Of a stretch of DNA of 64,000 bases, positions 49,423 through 59,966 are shown one piece after another. The position numbers and the translations under genes are program-made. The DNA lies in assembly GCF_023957275.1 (NCBI RefSeq), contig NZ_JAMLHF010000004.1; one strand, written 5' to 3'. Each line of letters starts with the position of its first letter. Positions within the stretch are counted from its first letter, which is position 1. This DNA is from Lentimicrobium sp. Lineage in GTDB: Bacteria > Bacteroidota > Bacteroidia > Bacteroidales > Lentimicrobiaceae. The notes beneath the pieces are model-generated. The model did no database searches and was not told the origin of the DNA. It was given only the letters and a program-made list of their open reading frames with translations.

Positions 49423-50592
49423 ATGTTAAATATCGCTTTGTTCGGCCCTCCGGGCGCAGGTAAAGGGACTCAGTCAGTCCTGCTTGTTGAGAAATACAAA
49501 TTGGCCTATATTTCAACGGGTGACCTGTTGCGCCAGGAAATAACCGAAGGCAGTGAGCTCGGAAAGAAAGCCAAAGAACTCATCGACCGGGGTCAGTTGG
49601 TGTCTGATGAAATGATCGTTCAGCTTATTGAAAAGCGGATTATTGCCAGCGCAGATAAAAACGGGATACTGTTCGACGGATTCCCCAGGACAATGGTTCA
49701 GGCTTATATCCTCGAAGGCCTGCTGCTGAAGCTGAACACTTCGCTGGCATGCATGCTCAGCCTGGAAGTGCCCCGCGAAGAACTGATCGCCAGGTTGCTT
49801 GAACGTGGTAAGATTTCGGGACGTACAGATGACAATGCTGAGGTAATCGAATACAGGCTTGAAGAGTATAACAGCAAGACCAGGCCGGTTGCCGATTTTT
49901 ATAAAGACAGGAATAAATACATCCCGATTATGGGAGTCGGAGAGATCAGCGAAGTTTTTGAGAGGCTGGTTCAATCCATTGACAACACCCTGCAAAAAGT
50001 GTGGTTTAACCTCGTGCTGACCGGCGCCCCCGGTTCAGGTAAGGGAACACAGGGGAGGTTGCTTGCAAAGAAATACAATCTCTATTATATCTCCACGGGA
50101 TCTCTTTTAAGAAGGGAAATTAAAGCGGGTTCCGAGATCGGAGCCAAAGTGAAGGATATAATGGACAGGGGCGAACTGGTGCCTGATGAGATTGTTATCC
50201 GTTTGATTGAGAGCGAAATAAGGCAACACAATAATGTCAGAGGATTCGTTTTTAAGGGTTTCCCGAGAACCATTGTGCAGGCTTACATCCTTGATGGGCT
50301 TTTAAGGCGGCTTGATTCTTCCGTTTCGTATTGCATTGAACTGAATGCACCAACCATAGAATCCATTAAGCGGTTGAATGCCCGGTCAAAAACTCCCCAG
50401 GCCCGTTCGTATGACATGAACACCGAGCTTATCATCAACCGCCTTGAAGAGTATAACGAAAAGACACTTCCTGTAGCCGATTTCTACAACAAACAACATA
50501 AGTTTGCCTCTTTGAATGCCATAGGGGATGAAAAGCTGGTATTTGAGCGCTTAAGTGAGAAGGTGGAGGCTGCCATGAAAATGCTCAGGTAA
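49423..50592 (+). CDS. adk: Adenylate kinase with two tandem ADK domains
   Basis: GPPGAGKGTQ...STGD...DGFPRT...RTDD in domain 1; GAPGSGKGTQ...STGS...KGFPRT in domain 2. Confidence 0.92.
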   Translation: MLNIALFGPPGAGKGTQSVLLVEKYKLAYISTGDLLRQEITEGSELGKKAKELIDRGQLVSDEMIVQLIEKRIIASADKNGILFDGFPRTMVQAYILEGLLLKLNTSLACMLSLEVPREELIARLLERGKISGRTDDNAEVIEYRLEEYNSKTRPVADFYKDRNKYIPIMGVGEISEVFERLVQSIDNTLQKVWFNLVLTGAPGSGKGTQGRLLAKKYNLYYISTGSLLRREIKAGSEIGAKVKDIMDRGELVPDEIVIRLIESEIRQHNNVRGFVFKGFPRTIVQAYILDGLLRRLDSSVSYCIELNAPTIESIKRLNARSKTPQARSYDMNTELIINRLEEYNEKTLPVADFYNKQHKFASLNAIGDEKLVFERLSEKVEAAMKMLR

Positions 50593-50622
50593 GTGGCTGT
50601 AATATTGAATATTATGTAAACT

Positions 50623-50645
50623 GCCGGCGAAGCCGGCTTTTTTTT
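50623..50645 (+). terminator. Intrinsic terminator after adk
   Basis: GCCGGC-GAA-GCCGGC followed by T8. Confidence 0.75.
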
Positions 50646-50682
50646 GTAGCTTTGCATCCCTTAATTCTTTATTTACCTCTTT

Positions 50683-51684
50683 ATGTCCTCTTCTAACTTT
50701 GTTGATTATGTAAAACTTAACCTTCGATCGGGTAAGGGTGGCGCCGGTTCAGCCCATCTGTTGAGGACCCGCGGAAATCCGCGCGGAGGACCCGACGGTG
50801 GTGATGGTGGCCGGGGAGGACATATTATTCTGAAAGGCAATGCTCAGTTATGGACACTGCTGCACCTGAAGTACACAAAACACCTGAAGGCCGGAGATGG
50901 TGGTAACGGAGGGAATAACAGAAAAACCGGTGCAAGCGGCAGGGATGTCATCATTGAGGTGCCGCTGGGCACGGTGGTGAAAGACCCTGAAACCATGGAA
51001 CAGGAGGCTGAGGTTACTACCGATGGTGAAATGGTAATCATTCTGCCCGGAGGCCGGGGAGGGCTGGGTAATGATCATTTCAAATCACCTACGCACCAGA
51101 CCCCCCGTTATGCACAGCCCGGAGAAGCCGGTATTGAGGCCTGGAAAATACTGGAATTGAAGATACTGGCCGATGTTGGACTTGTTGGATTTCCCAATGC
51201 AGGAAAATCGACCCTTCTATCGGTGGTTTCTGCCGCCAAGCCTGAGATTGCCGATTACCCTTTTACCACCCTCCGGCCAAATTTAGGCATAGTCGCTTAT
51301 CGTGACGACCGTTCATTTGTTATGGCCGATATTCCGGGCATTATCGAAGGCGCTGCAGAGGGGCGCGGGCTGGGTTTGCGCTTCCTCAGGCATATTGAAA
51401 GAAACTCTGCCCTGCTTTTTATGATTCCGGCTACCTCGGAGAATATCCGTAAAGAATTTGAGATACTGCTGAATGAGCTGGAGCAATATAATCCCGAGCT
51501 GATTGACAAGCAACGCGTGCTGGCCATAACCAAATGCGATCTGCTCGACACGGAACAGCTGCGCAAAATGAAAAAACGGAAATTTCCGGAAGTGCCCCTG
51601 GTTTTTATCTCTTCGCATACAGGACAAGGTATCACCGAACTGAAGGACGAGATCTGGAAAGCTTTACACCAGCCATATTTTTAG
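50683..51684 (+). CDS. obgE: GTPase ObgE/CgtA
   Basis: FVDYVK, Gly-rich Obg domain, [20 protein letters not shown] and TKCD. Confidence 0.97.
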   Translation: MSSSNFVDYVKLNLRSGKGGAGSAHLLRTRGNPRGGPDGGDGGRGGHIILKGNAQLWTLLHLKYTKHLKAGDGGNGGNNRKTGASGRDVIIEVPLGTVVKDPETMEQEAEVTTDGEMVIILPGGRGGLGNDHFKSPTHQTPRYAQPGEAGIEAWKILELKILADVGLVGFPNAGKSTLLSVVSAAKPEIADYPFTTLRPNLGIVAYRDDRSFVMADIPGIIEGAAEGRGLGLRFLRHIERNSALLFMIPATSENIRKEFEILLNELEQYNPELIDKQRVLAITKCDLLDTEQLRKMKKRKFPEVPLVFISSHTGQGITELKDEIWKALHQPYF

Positions 51685-51687
51685 AAA

Positions 51688-52269
51688 ATGGATGCCCTGA
51701 TTCAGCTTGACCAGAAAGTATTTTTGATTCTTAACGGGTTACATTCCCCGGTGTTTGATTTTCTGATGTACTGGTTCAGCGATAAGTACATCTGGGTGCC
51801 TCTTTATGCCTTTCTTTTATTTCTGATGTTCAGGGAAAACCGAAACCATTTCTGGCTGGTGCTCCTGATGGTTGCCCTGCTGGTGACCCTGACGGATCAG
51901 ATATCGGTTAAGTTATTCAAGGATGTCTTTATGCGCCTGAGACCCTGCCATGAACCTGCACTTGAAGGACTGGTCAGGACGCTGTACGGACAGTGTGGGG
52001 GGCAGTTCGGCTTTGTTTCCTCCCATGCCACCAATACCTTCGGGGTAGCCGTTTTTACAGGTCTGACGCTGGCTGTTCGTTACAAATGGCTGATGCCGGC
52101 CATGCTTACCTGGGCAGGCCTGGTCTCCTACAGCAGAATTTATCTGGGGGTGCATTATCCGGGCGATGTGATCGGCGGCGCACTCACCGGTGCACTGACA
52201 GGATATCTTGTTTTTTTATTGTTCCGGAAACTCAGATCGCGCCTCCGGAGACAGCAGGCGGCTTCCTGA
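51688..52269 (+). CDS. PAP2 family phosphatase
   Basis: K..FMRLRP, FVSSH and SRIYLGVHYPGD. Confidence 0.9.
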   Translation: MDALIQLDQKVFLILNGLHSPVFDFLMYWFSDKYIWVPLYAFLLFLMFRENRNHFWLVLLMVALLVTLTDQISVKLFKDVFMRLRPCHEPALEGLVRTLYGQCGGQFGFVSSHATNTFGVAVFTGLTLAVRYKWLMPAMLTWAGLVSYSRIYLGVHYPGDVIGGALTGALTGYLVFLLFRKLRSRLRRQQAAS

Positions 52270-52272
52270 TTC

Positions 52273-52737
52273 TTAATAGCCAAATGCTTTCGCTTCTGTC
52301 TTCAGAGCCCTGACTTTCATCACGGTAACGTTGTTTACCGCGGGGTCGTTGTAACTGAAGTCGCCGCTATGCGTGTATTGCCGCATAATGATGTTGAGTA
52401 TCCTAACTTTCTCATCGAAATCCTCAACAAATTCAACCTTTCCGCTGATCAGCACGCTTTTGTACTTCATGCCATAACTGCAGGCAACCTTTTCGGATTG
52501 TTTGTAAAGCTGGTGGGCGGTACTGAATGCTATGCAGACGTTCGGATTATTTCTGAGCACTTCTATCTTTCTGCCGGTGGGTGCCGAGTGAAGGTAAACT
52601 GTTTCTTCAGCATAGCCAAAATTGAAAGGGAGGGTATATGGCATTTGCTCCCGGTCTATCATCCCGACATAGCACACCTCGCAATCCGAAATAATTTCTT
52701 CAATTACATCGGGAAGGCTGATCATTCTGCTTTTCAT
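52273..52737 (-). CDS. Pyridoxamine 5'-phosphate oxidase-like flavin-binding protein (NimA-like)
   Basis: PYTLPFNFGY, YLHSAPTGRK, NPNVC and YKSV...G. Confidence 0.85.
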   Translation of the reverse strand: MKSRMISLPDVIEEIISDCEVCYVGMIDREQMPYTLPFNFGYAEETVYLHSAPTGRKIEVLRNNPNVCIAFSTAHQLYKQSEKVACSYGMKYKSVLISGKVEFVEDFDEKVRILNIIMRQYTHSGDFSYNDPAVNNVTVMKVRALKTEAKAFGY

Positions 52738-52973
52738 ACTTTTTCCTTTGGTAAATTATGTCACGAAAATACGAAGAGCGCAAATTGAAATCTACATTTT
52801 CGCACTAAATTGTGAAGCGGAAGACGGATTTGCAGGTATCCGGCAGCCGGTTAGTATAATGATAATCCTTTTATACCCGGAAAATCCTGAGTATCCGGTT
52901 TTAGCGGCGATATGAATTAAAAGGCTTCGGGCTGCAATCAGCAGTTTGCTTAAGCAGGCCGTGATTAAGGGTA

Positions 52974-53330
52974 TTAATGATGAAAACCGTCTTCTGAAGC
53001 TACCAAAGAATTGATGACTGAGGTTATCCCGGTGAGAATTATACTGAACATCAATGCATGCCAGATACTCCTCACGCTGAAACCGGGAATAAATTCTGAA
53101 ATCAGCAGGGTGAGCATTGTGATCAGGGTAAAAAGGATAAAACCGAAGAAAATCATATTCATCGGGATTTTCAGTTTAAGAAATATTCTTTTAGTGCTGG
53201 TTATCAGCAGTGCAAGCGCTGCGGCAGCCGAAAGCCCGGCCAGAAAAGTTTCTGAACTGATGCCTGGTAAAATATACGCTGTTACAAGTACGGTGATTGT
53301 TGTGAGAAGCAGCCTGACCGGAAATTTCAT
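52974..53330 (-). CDS. Four-TM membrane protein, phage-holin superfamily IV (YvlD-like)
   Basis: RLLLTTITVLVTAYILPGI N-terminus, PGFSV..ALMFSI; four hydrophobic segments. Confidence 0.65.
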   Translation of the reverse strand: MKFPVRLLLTTITVLVTAYILPGISSETFLAGLSAAAALALLITSTKRIFLKLKIPMNMIFFGFILFTLITMLTLLISEFIPGFSVRSIWHALMFSIILTGITSVINSLVASEDGFHH

Positions 53331-53385
53331 GCCTTTTACCCGGATGATTGATGAAACGAATATAGTAAATAAACTGTCATTCAGG

Positions 53386-56208
53386 TCAATACTCGTAAAA
53401 ATTTACCGAGAACAGGAACCCGAAGGCGGGAGTTCCATCTCTGAAAGTGTAAACGCCTCTGATACCGGCACTTACCGGAGTGCTCAAGCCGAATAGGTGC
53501 ACATCGCTGATCAGATCAAGACCAGCCGAATTGAAATACCCGGAATTTTGCGTTTCCCTCGCTTTCACATCCGTAAAATCATAAAAGGCATTGGCCCTTA
53601 AGCGTTTGATATACAGCAGACCGCCAAGGTGGAAATCAGGATAAAATAAGGGCAGACGGTAGGCGGCTTTCCAGCTGATCAATTCTTCGCCAAATGGTAT
53701 TGTGGTATAACCGCGTGAGATACTGATCAGGTTGGCATACCGGTAATCCCCCGGATCGGTTTGTTGATAAGCGCCATAAACAGATAATGAGTGATTTGCG
53801 GCAATGCCTGGCAGAAAAAGCTGTGATTGTATACCGAAAACACTTCCGGCATTGATTTCACCGGCAGGAGTATGGCGAAAGCTTACATCTATATTAATCC
53901 CGAAGTCAGGGGCCAGATCGCGATAGGCCTGCCGCTGATAGGAATATCCGAAGACCCGATAGCTCATTCCTGAGAATATTCCCTTCATAAAGCGCTCAGG
54001 CGTGCCGGAAAGGTGCCTGACCTGGCTGAAATTGTGCGTGATTTCTCCGTAAATCCCTGAGTTAACGTTGCCGCGTGAAAGGTTCAGTGCCTGGCTGATG
54101 CTAAGGTCAAGGTTGGTTTCATTCCAGGTGAACCGTCTTGTCATATTGTCATCCCCTGTAAAGGACGATGCTCTCAAGCCATGAGATGTAGTAACCCTGA
54201 ATTCAGGAAACCAGGCCTTCCATGCAAGACTTGCACGAAACATGCCCGTTTCTTCTGATGGATTATAATCATAACCGGCAGTGATAAACATGGTACTCAG
54301 CAGGTTTTGACTCATTACTGAAAATCCGGGTCGTGCCGTTTCGCCGCCGATATCAATGTAAAGCGGAGCCCAGCTGTGAACTCCGAAGAGATGAGCCGCT
54401 TTTTTGTATCTTTTTTGGGGATAATCTGTATCTGGCATTGCAAACGTCACGCCATCGGAATTTTCCTGCCCTGCAAGCGCTGCGGCCAGAGGCCATGACT
54501 GATCTGTATCAGGAGTATAGGGTTGACTGGCCGGTTTATTGATTGAACGGTTGGCGATACGGGTTCCGTCGGCTGAATATTCAAGGTATGTCAGTCTGTT
54601 GTCGGAGAATGATGGTGCAAAGCCGCCATAAGCTGACGAGGTGAGCACACTTGCCTCACCGGAAGTGAGATCCAGAAGGCAAATCTGGCTTTTGGCATTT
54701 ACAGAGGCTGAAAAAAGAATGCCTTTATCCAGGAAATAGGGCTCGCTGATCTCTGAAAAGGCATAGGGTAATAATACTGAGAAGGTTTTTTCATCCGGAT
54801 CAAGCATATACAAGGCTTTACCGGACTCACTTGTTCCTATGAAGGCAATTTTTCTCATATCCCCCGACCAGGAAGGAAAAGACGGAAAAACACCTTCCGG
54901 AACAATGTATCGGTTTATCGTGTCACTTTGAATAATGGTTATATAGTGTTTCCCTGTTCCGTCGGTTTCTGAAACGGCTGTCTTTTTTCCATCAGGGCTT
55001 ATTGCCGGAGCAAAAAATCTTTTCCTGAAGGATTTTCGTTTCAGCTCGCCGGTTTGGGTGTTGAGATATACCAGATCAGTATAACTGACGGTGGACCAGC
55101 GTACATGCGGCCGGTATTCCGACCATACAAGCGTTCCATTGCTATAGGAGATGCGGTTGTCAAAAATAAATCCAGGCGTATGAATAATTTCTTCCCTGCC
55201 GCTGCTGTATGTTTTAACAATCCGGGGTATATCATGCAGGGTGGTTTTAAGGGAGATGAACGTGGAATCATTCATCTGGTGCGGACTGTGGTAGTTGGTA
55301 TGGCTTCTGGTTTTTTCAGGAATTATGCGGATTGCTTCATCCGTAAGTTGTCTGCCCTGCCAGAGACTATCAAGATAAGCCATTGACTGCAGGTATAATC
55401 CTTTCTTATTGAGTCCGGAAGCGCTTTTTAGCCCGTGATTGAAGGGTGTAATCAACCATGGCTTTCTTGCCACGGAATTCATAGCTTCGTTCCAGGAGGT
55501 CTGCCCGTAAAGGGTTCGGGAAGCTGCAACAATATGATATCCCGTTGTATAAATATCCGGAACAAAATCACGGTATGACCCAAAACTTGCTTTCGGGTAG
55601 CTGTATCTCTCTTTTTCTGCCAGCAGGGCCCTTAACGGAGCATTGAACGATGGCATCCTTCCTCTGCCGGATTTGCCCAGGCCCGTTTCGGTTGCCACCG
55701 CATCGCCTTCGATAAACCATGAGGGGACAAAAAGCCCCGTAGAGATCGCAGCGGCCTGTTGTCCGAAAAGATAGCCGAAAAAGCGGGTAATCCCCTGGTC
55801 AAGTTTCGAAAGCTGAACGATATGCCGGTATTCATGAAGTGTAAGCTGATGAAGCCAGGGCTGTGCGTAAGTGTCTTGTGGCGGAGTGGTGTAGATCTCA
55901 ATCCTCCTCGGCGCCCAGATTGCAAAGGCATTTGAAATAGCACTGCCCGGGTGGAGTATAATGGGGGTTTTGCGCGGAAAAGTATGCAGGCCTGAAGCCA
56001 CGGCTTCTGTTTGTGAACTGAAGAGTGCCGCTGTTTGCCTCGCTTTTTCGTAAAAGTAGTCCGGATAAATAATGCTGAAATTACCGGTGTCGATTTTCAT
56101 CCAGCGGGTGCGCGCCGGGGCCTGACCGATATCGTAGTACTGCGCATGCAATGCAGTTGATGCCAGGATCAGGGCGGTTAGCAAAAAAGCTGAAAGTCTT
56201 TTTTTCAA
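53386..56208 (-). CDS. Large outer-membrane protein: HExxH zincin-like N-domain, TolB-like beta-propeller and C-terminal beta-barrel
   Basis: Signal peptide; LHEYRH and WFIEGDA; PD40-like repeats (PAISPDG, PSWSGD); amphipathic strands ending FGFLFSVNFYEY; TTG start. Confidence 0.7.
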   Translation of the reverse strand: MKKRLSAFLLTALILASTALHAQYYDIGQAPARTRWMKIDTGNFSIIYPDYFYEKARQTAALFSSQTEAVASGLHTFPRKTPIILHPGSAISNAFAIWAPRRIEIYTTPPQDTYAQPWLHQLTLHEYRHIVQLSKLDQGITRFFGYLFGQQAAAISTGLFVPSWFIEGDAVATETGLGKSGRGRMPSFNAPLRALLAEKERYSYPKASFGSYRDFVPDIYTTGYHIVAASRTLYGQTSWNEAMNSVARKPWLITPFNHGLKSASGLNKKGLYLQSMAYLDSLWQGRQLTDEAIRIIPEKTRSHTNYHSPHQMNDSTFISLKTTLHDIPRIVKTYSSGREEIIHTPGFIFDNRISYSNGTLVWSEYRPHVRWSTVSYTDLVYLNTQTGELKRKSFRKRFFAPAISPDGKKTAVSETDGTGKHYITIIQSDTINRYIVPEGVFPSFPSWSGDMRKIAFIGTSESGKALYMLDPDEKTFSVLLPYAFSEISEPYFLDKGILFSASVNAKSQICLLDLTSGEASVLTSSAYGGFAPSFSDNRLTYLEYSADGTRIANRSINKPASQPYTPDTDQSWPLAAALAGQENSDGVTFAMPDTDYPQKRYKKAAHLFGVHSWAPLYIDIGGETARPGFSVMSQNLLSTMFITAGYDYNPSEETGMFRASLAWKAWFPEFRVTTSHGLRASSFTGDDNMTRRFTWNETNLDLSISQALNLSRGNVNSGIYGEITHNFSQVRHLSGTPERFMKGIFSGMSYRVFGYSYQRQAYRDLAPDFGINIDVSFRHTPAGEINAGSVFGIQSQLFLPGIAANHSLSVYGAYQQTDPGDYRYANLISISRGYTTIPFGEELISWKAAYRLPLFYPDFHLGGLLYIKRLRANAFYDFTDVKARETQNSGYFNSAGLDLISDVHLFGLSTPVSAGIRGVYTFRDGTPAFGFLFSVNFYEY

Positions 56209-56423
56209 GAAGTGAGATTTTTAGATGAAACAACAACAATCAAATCTGAATTTTGTCATGAACTCAGGTTAAAATGTCCGGAATTTACATGTTTAAGACT
56301 TACCAGTTGCTAATTTAATCACAAAACAATCGGCCGGCCAGGTGGTTGCTGCGAAGAACAGAATTATCCGGTTGCCGGCCCGATGTTGCTTTTCGGAAAG
56401 AATGAGCCCTTGCCTGGTGAGAT

Positions 56424-57107
56424 TTACTTATCATTGAAATATTGCCATTCCGGATTTGCAGGAAATGGAGCAACAATGCTGACATTTTCCCTGCTTACCG
56501 GATGGGTGAAATTCAGCATCCGCGCATGCAGGCTGATCGAGCCATCAGGATTTGACCGGGCTGCGCCGTATTTCAGGTCTCCTTTGATATGACATCCGGC
56601 GATGGCCAGTTGCGCCCTGATCTGATGGTGCCTGCCCGTAAGCAGGTGAATTTCGAGTAAATGAAAGGTTTTGCCTGAGGCAATAAGTTTGTAGGTGAGT
56701 TCCGCCCTTTTGGCCCCCGGGGTTTGCTCCGCTGCCGGATATGACTTATTCTGACGTTCGTTTTTAATCAGATAGTTTACCAGGGTGCCTTCCGCCGGAT
56801 CAGGCAAGTGATCAACTACAGCCAGGTATATTTTGGTGATTTCCCTGTCTTTCACCATGCGGGTGAGCCTGGTAAGTGCCTTGGACGTTTTGGCAAAAAT
56901 CACTGCCCCGCTTACCGGACGGTCGAGACGATGTACAAGGCCCAGAAAGACTGCGCCGGGTTTATTGTACTTCTCTTTCAGATATAATTTTAACTGATCG
57001 GTCAGCGGAGCATCTCCGGTCTTATCACCCTGCACGATCTCACCCGGCCTTTTATTGATAATCAGCAGGTGGTTGTCTTCAAACAGTATCTGGGGTAAAC
57101 CGGTCAT
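56424..57107 (-). CDS. RluA family 23S rRNA pseudouridine synthase
   Basis: NKRPG, VHRLDRPVSG (catalytic Asp), TGRHHQIRAQL and GDLKYG. Confidence 0.93.
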   Translation of the reverse strand: MTGLPQILFEDNHLLIINKRPGEIVQGDKTGDAPLTDQLKLYLKEKYNKPGAVFLGLVHRLDRPVSGAVIFAKTSKALTRLTRMVKDREITKIYLAVVDHLPDPAEGTLVNYLIKNERQNKSYPAAEQTPGAKRAELTYKLIASGKTFHLLEIHLLTGRHHQIRAQLAIAGCHIKGDLKYGAARSNPDGSISLHARMLNFTHPVSRENVSIVAPFPANPEWQYFNDK

Positions 57108-57178
57108 AGCCTGTTGGGCTGATGGATTTCACTTATATGGTCAGGCAGCACCCGACTGCTGATTTTTTTCGACGTTCT

Positions 57179-58009
57179 TTAATATTTTTCCCTTTCATTC
57201 GGGAAATCAACAGTTTTAACATCCCGGATGTATGACTTCACCGATCCCTGAATTTCTTCGCTCAGGTTATGGTAGCGACGGAGGAAACGTGGGGAGAACT
57301 CCTGGGTGATGCCAAGCATGTCATGCAAAACCAGGACCTGTCCGTCAACATCAGGGCCGGCGCCGATCCCTATGATCGGGATTTTTATTTCTTCTGCCAC
57401 TTGTGCTGCCAGTTTTGCAGGGATTTTTTCGAGAACAATACCGAAACACCCGGCATTTTCAAGCAGGTGGGCATCTTCAACCAGCTTACGGGCCTCATTT
57501 TCTTCGGTAGCCCGCACAACATAAGTGCCGAACTTGTGAATCGACTGCGGGGTAAGCCCGAGATGCCCCATTACGGGTATTCCAGCAGACAAAATTCTGT
57601 CAACCGATTCGAGGATTTCCCGCCCGCCTTCCATTTTTACTGCATCCGCTCCCGATTCCTTCATAATACGTATGGCAGAAATCAGGGCCTCCTTCGAATT
57701 ACCCTGGTAAGTCCCAAAGGGCATATCGGTAATTACCAGTGCCCGCTTTACCGCCCTTACCACTGAAGTTGCATGATAAATCATCTCATTCAGGGTGATC
57801 GGCAGGGTAGAGGTATGGCCTGCCATTACATTAGATGCAGAATCGCCTACCAGTATAACGTCGATACCTGCTTTATCAAGCAGCCGGGCCATAGAATAAT
57901 CATAGGCTGTGAGCATTGCGATCTTCTCATTCTTCAGTTTCATTTCCTGAAGCACATGCGTAGTGACCTTTGTCACATTCGCAAACTTTGAGATGTCAGG
58001 TGTTATCAT
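57179..58009 (-). CDS. panB: 3-methyl-2-oxobutanoate hydroxymethyltransferase
   Basis: [37 protein letters not shown] and GQVLV.HDMLG; promoter element CAAAACTA at 58092-58099. Confidence 0.97.
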   Translation of the reverse strand: MITPDISKFANVTKVTTHVLQEMKLKNEKIAMLTAYDYSMARLLDKAGIDVILVGDSASNVMAGHTSTLPITLNEMIYHATSVVRAVKRALVITDMPFGTYQGNSKEALISAIRIMKESGADAVKMEGGREILESVDRILSAGIPVMGHLGLTPQSIHKFGTYVVRATEENEARKLVEDAHLLENAGCFGIVLEKIPAKLAAQVAEEIKIPIIGIGAGPDVDGQVLVLHDMLGITQEFSPRFLRRYHNLSEEIQGSVKSYIRDVKTVDFPNEREKY

Positions 58010-58221
58010 AGGAAGGGGATCATTAATAAAATTATTAAACAATTACCGGTTTTTAAAGCTTTGCCCGATGTAAAAACGGCATTGCTGTTTGCAAAACTAC
58101 AAAACAAAAACATACTTTATGCCTTTTCGGAGATGGCTGTCTGATAAATATACCCGGCATGGAAGTCTTATAGCAGGAATGCTTTTCTTTCTTTTATCAT
58201 TATAGTCCGGTAAACCTTTTC

Positions 58222-58325
58222 AAGGAATTATGGATTGCCTGCGGTGAGCTCCCTTTGGCCGGTTCTTCACTACATTATCCCGTAAGAGCGGGATTCAGAA
58301 CAACGATGATCCACCAGGCTCCCTT
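58222..58325. ncRNA. Candidate structured ncRNA (rod-like hairpin with internal bubbles); unverified
   Basis: Nested complementarity: GCCTGCGGTG 58237-46 / CACCAGGC 58312-19; GTTCT 58262-66 / AGAAC 58297-301; ATCCCG 58277-82 / CGGGAT 58289-94; lies in an ORF-poor 570-nt gap. Confidence 0.3.
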
Positions 58326-58742
58326 ATCTTTAAACCCATGTAAAATAAAGTTATTTTGAGCGTTAGCAAATATTTTTATCCGCCAAAGACGAAGAGCCCT
58401 CCCCGGGTAATCTCAAAACTTAACCGGAGAACAATGTGTTTTAATTATGCATGCGCCTGTTTTACCGGTTTGGAACAATTTACCGGACGCATTATGACTG
58501 CACAGGGTAGACAAGCCTTTCAGCCTGAACGGAAGCCGCGTTGACCCAACGTAAAAACATCTGTTGGTTCTTATAAAACCTGATTCTGCATTAAGTTTAA
58601 CCAATCATGAAAGCCTGTTTCCGTAGTGTGAAATATTCGGTTTTGTTATTTTGCCATCGGGGTGTTTCAGTTTTTATGTAAATTTGTCATCCCTAAATTT
58701 TTTTGTTATTGCTGTTAAAATTTACTGCCTAAGACGCTGCCG

Positions 58743-59783
58743 ATGAAAAAAGTGTTGATTCTGTTTGCCATGGTTTCAATGGTGTTATTTAATGCCTGCG
58801 AGACCGATTTTGATGTTACCGCCGAGTGGAAAGATATCACCGTGGTTTATGGTTTGATCAGCCAGAACGATAGCGTGCACTATGTGAAGATTAACAAGGC
58901 TTTTCTTGGAGAAGGGAATGCGCTGACTTATGCCCGGGAGGCAGATTCCTCTTCATATTTTAATAACCTTGAAGTCCGGATCATTGAGAAAGCAGGGTCA
59001 ACGGAAACCAGGAGTTTCAACCTGGATACCACAACCGTATTTAATAAGGAGGAAGGCATATTTTATGCGCCGGAACAGGTGGTTTACAAAGCAGCCTTTA
59101 AAGTTCCGGCTGACTACGTAAATAAAGATTATACCTATCACCTTGAAATAAAGAACAAGATTACAGGGAAAGTCATAACGGCGCAAACGCCGCTGGTTCA
59201 TGACTTTGCTGTTGAAACACCCCGGCCCGGACAGCAGAGCATTAATTTCACAGCCGAAAGCAATCAGCGGGTTAAATGGTTTTCGGCAAAAAACGGCCGG
59301 AGGTACAATGTTTCCGTGAGGTTCTGGTTCGATGAGGTGATTGGTCCCGCACGCGATACCCTGACACGAAGCATTGACTGGAATTTCAGTTCTGCAAAAT
59401 CTGTTTCGGTGCAGGGCGGTGAATCGATGGAGTTGCTCTACAGCCCGGCCAGTTTCTTCACTGTATGTAAAAGCCTGATCCCGTATAAATCAGGGGATGA
59501 GATCAGCGAAAATGATGTTGTTTCCAGGCTGGTCAACAGGGTCGAGTTTCTTTTTGCAGTTTCAGGAGATGAATTAAACACCTATATGGAAGTAAATGAA
59601 CCTTCTTCCGGGATTGTTCAGGAAAAGCCCGATTACACAAATGTTGAAAACGGGATCGGGCTCTTTTCATGCCGGTATTTGAAATCCACTGAAACCCCGT
59701 TCGTTAAAATGAGAATCGGGCCCTCGACCGAAGAACGCCTGATTAATGAAAATCTGAAGTTCGTTAAGAAAGTCGGAAATTAG
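58743..59783 (+). CDS. Lipoprotein of unknown function (DUF4249-like)
   Basis: Lipobox LFNAC, ITVVYGLIS and YTNVENGIGLF; TAAATTTG element at 58679-58686. Confidence 0.75.
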   Translation: MKKVLILFAMVSMVLFNACETDFDVTAEWKDITVVYGLISQNDSVHYVKINKAFLGEGNALTYAREADSSSYFNNLEVRIIEKAGSTETRSFNLDTTTVFNKEEGIFYAPEQVVYKAAFKVPADYVNKDYTYHLEIKNKITGKVITAQTPLVHDFAVETPRPGQQSINFTAESNQRVKWFSAKNGRRYNVSVRFWFDEVIGPARDTLTRSIDWNFSSAKSVSVQGGESMELLYSPASFFTVCKSLIPYKSGDEISENDVVSRLVNRVEFLFAVSGDELNTYMEVNEPSSGIVQEKPDYTNVENGIGLFSCRYLKSTETPFVKMRIGPSTEERLINENLKFVKKVGN

Positions 59784-59861
59784 CAGATCCGGCAAGAATA
59801 TCCTCCGGGTGGCGATTGCTGACGAAATGTCATAATCCGGATGTCATGGTAAAAATAACTG

Positions 59862-59886
59862 ACCGGCTTTGATAAGCCGGTTTTTA
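59862..59886 (+). terminator. Intrinsic terminator after the lipoprotein gene
   Basis: ACCGGCTT-TGAT-AAGCCGGT followed by a T-run. Confidence 0.75.
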
Positions 59887-59966
59887 TTTGTATAAATAAT
59901 TGATAATAAGATACATAGAACCATCCGGGGTTGATCGTTTCTTTTAAGGGATGATATTTTTTAAGC

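Noticed and set aside
50683-51684. Short ObgE lacking the C-terminal domain
   Set aside because: A truncated ObgE is typical for this phylum.
58356-58604. Two ~62-aa ORFs in the panB intergenic gap
   Set aside because: They overlap on opposite strands, use non-ATG starts and have no motifs; treated as chance.
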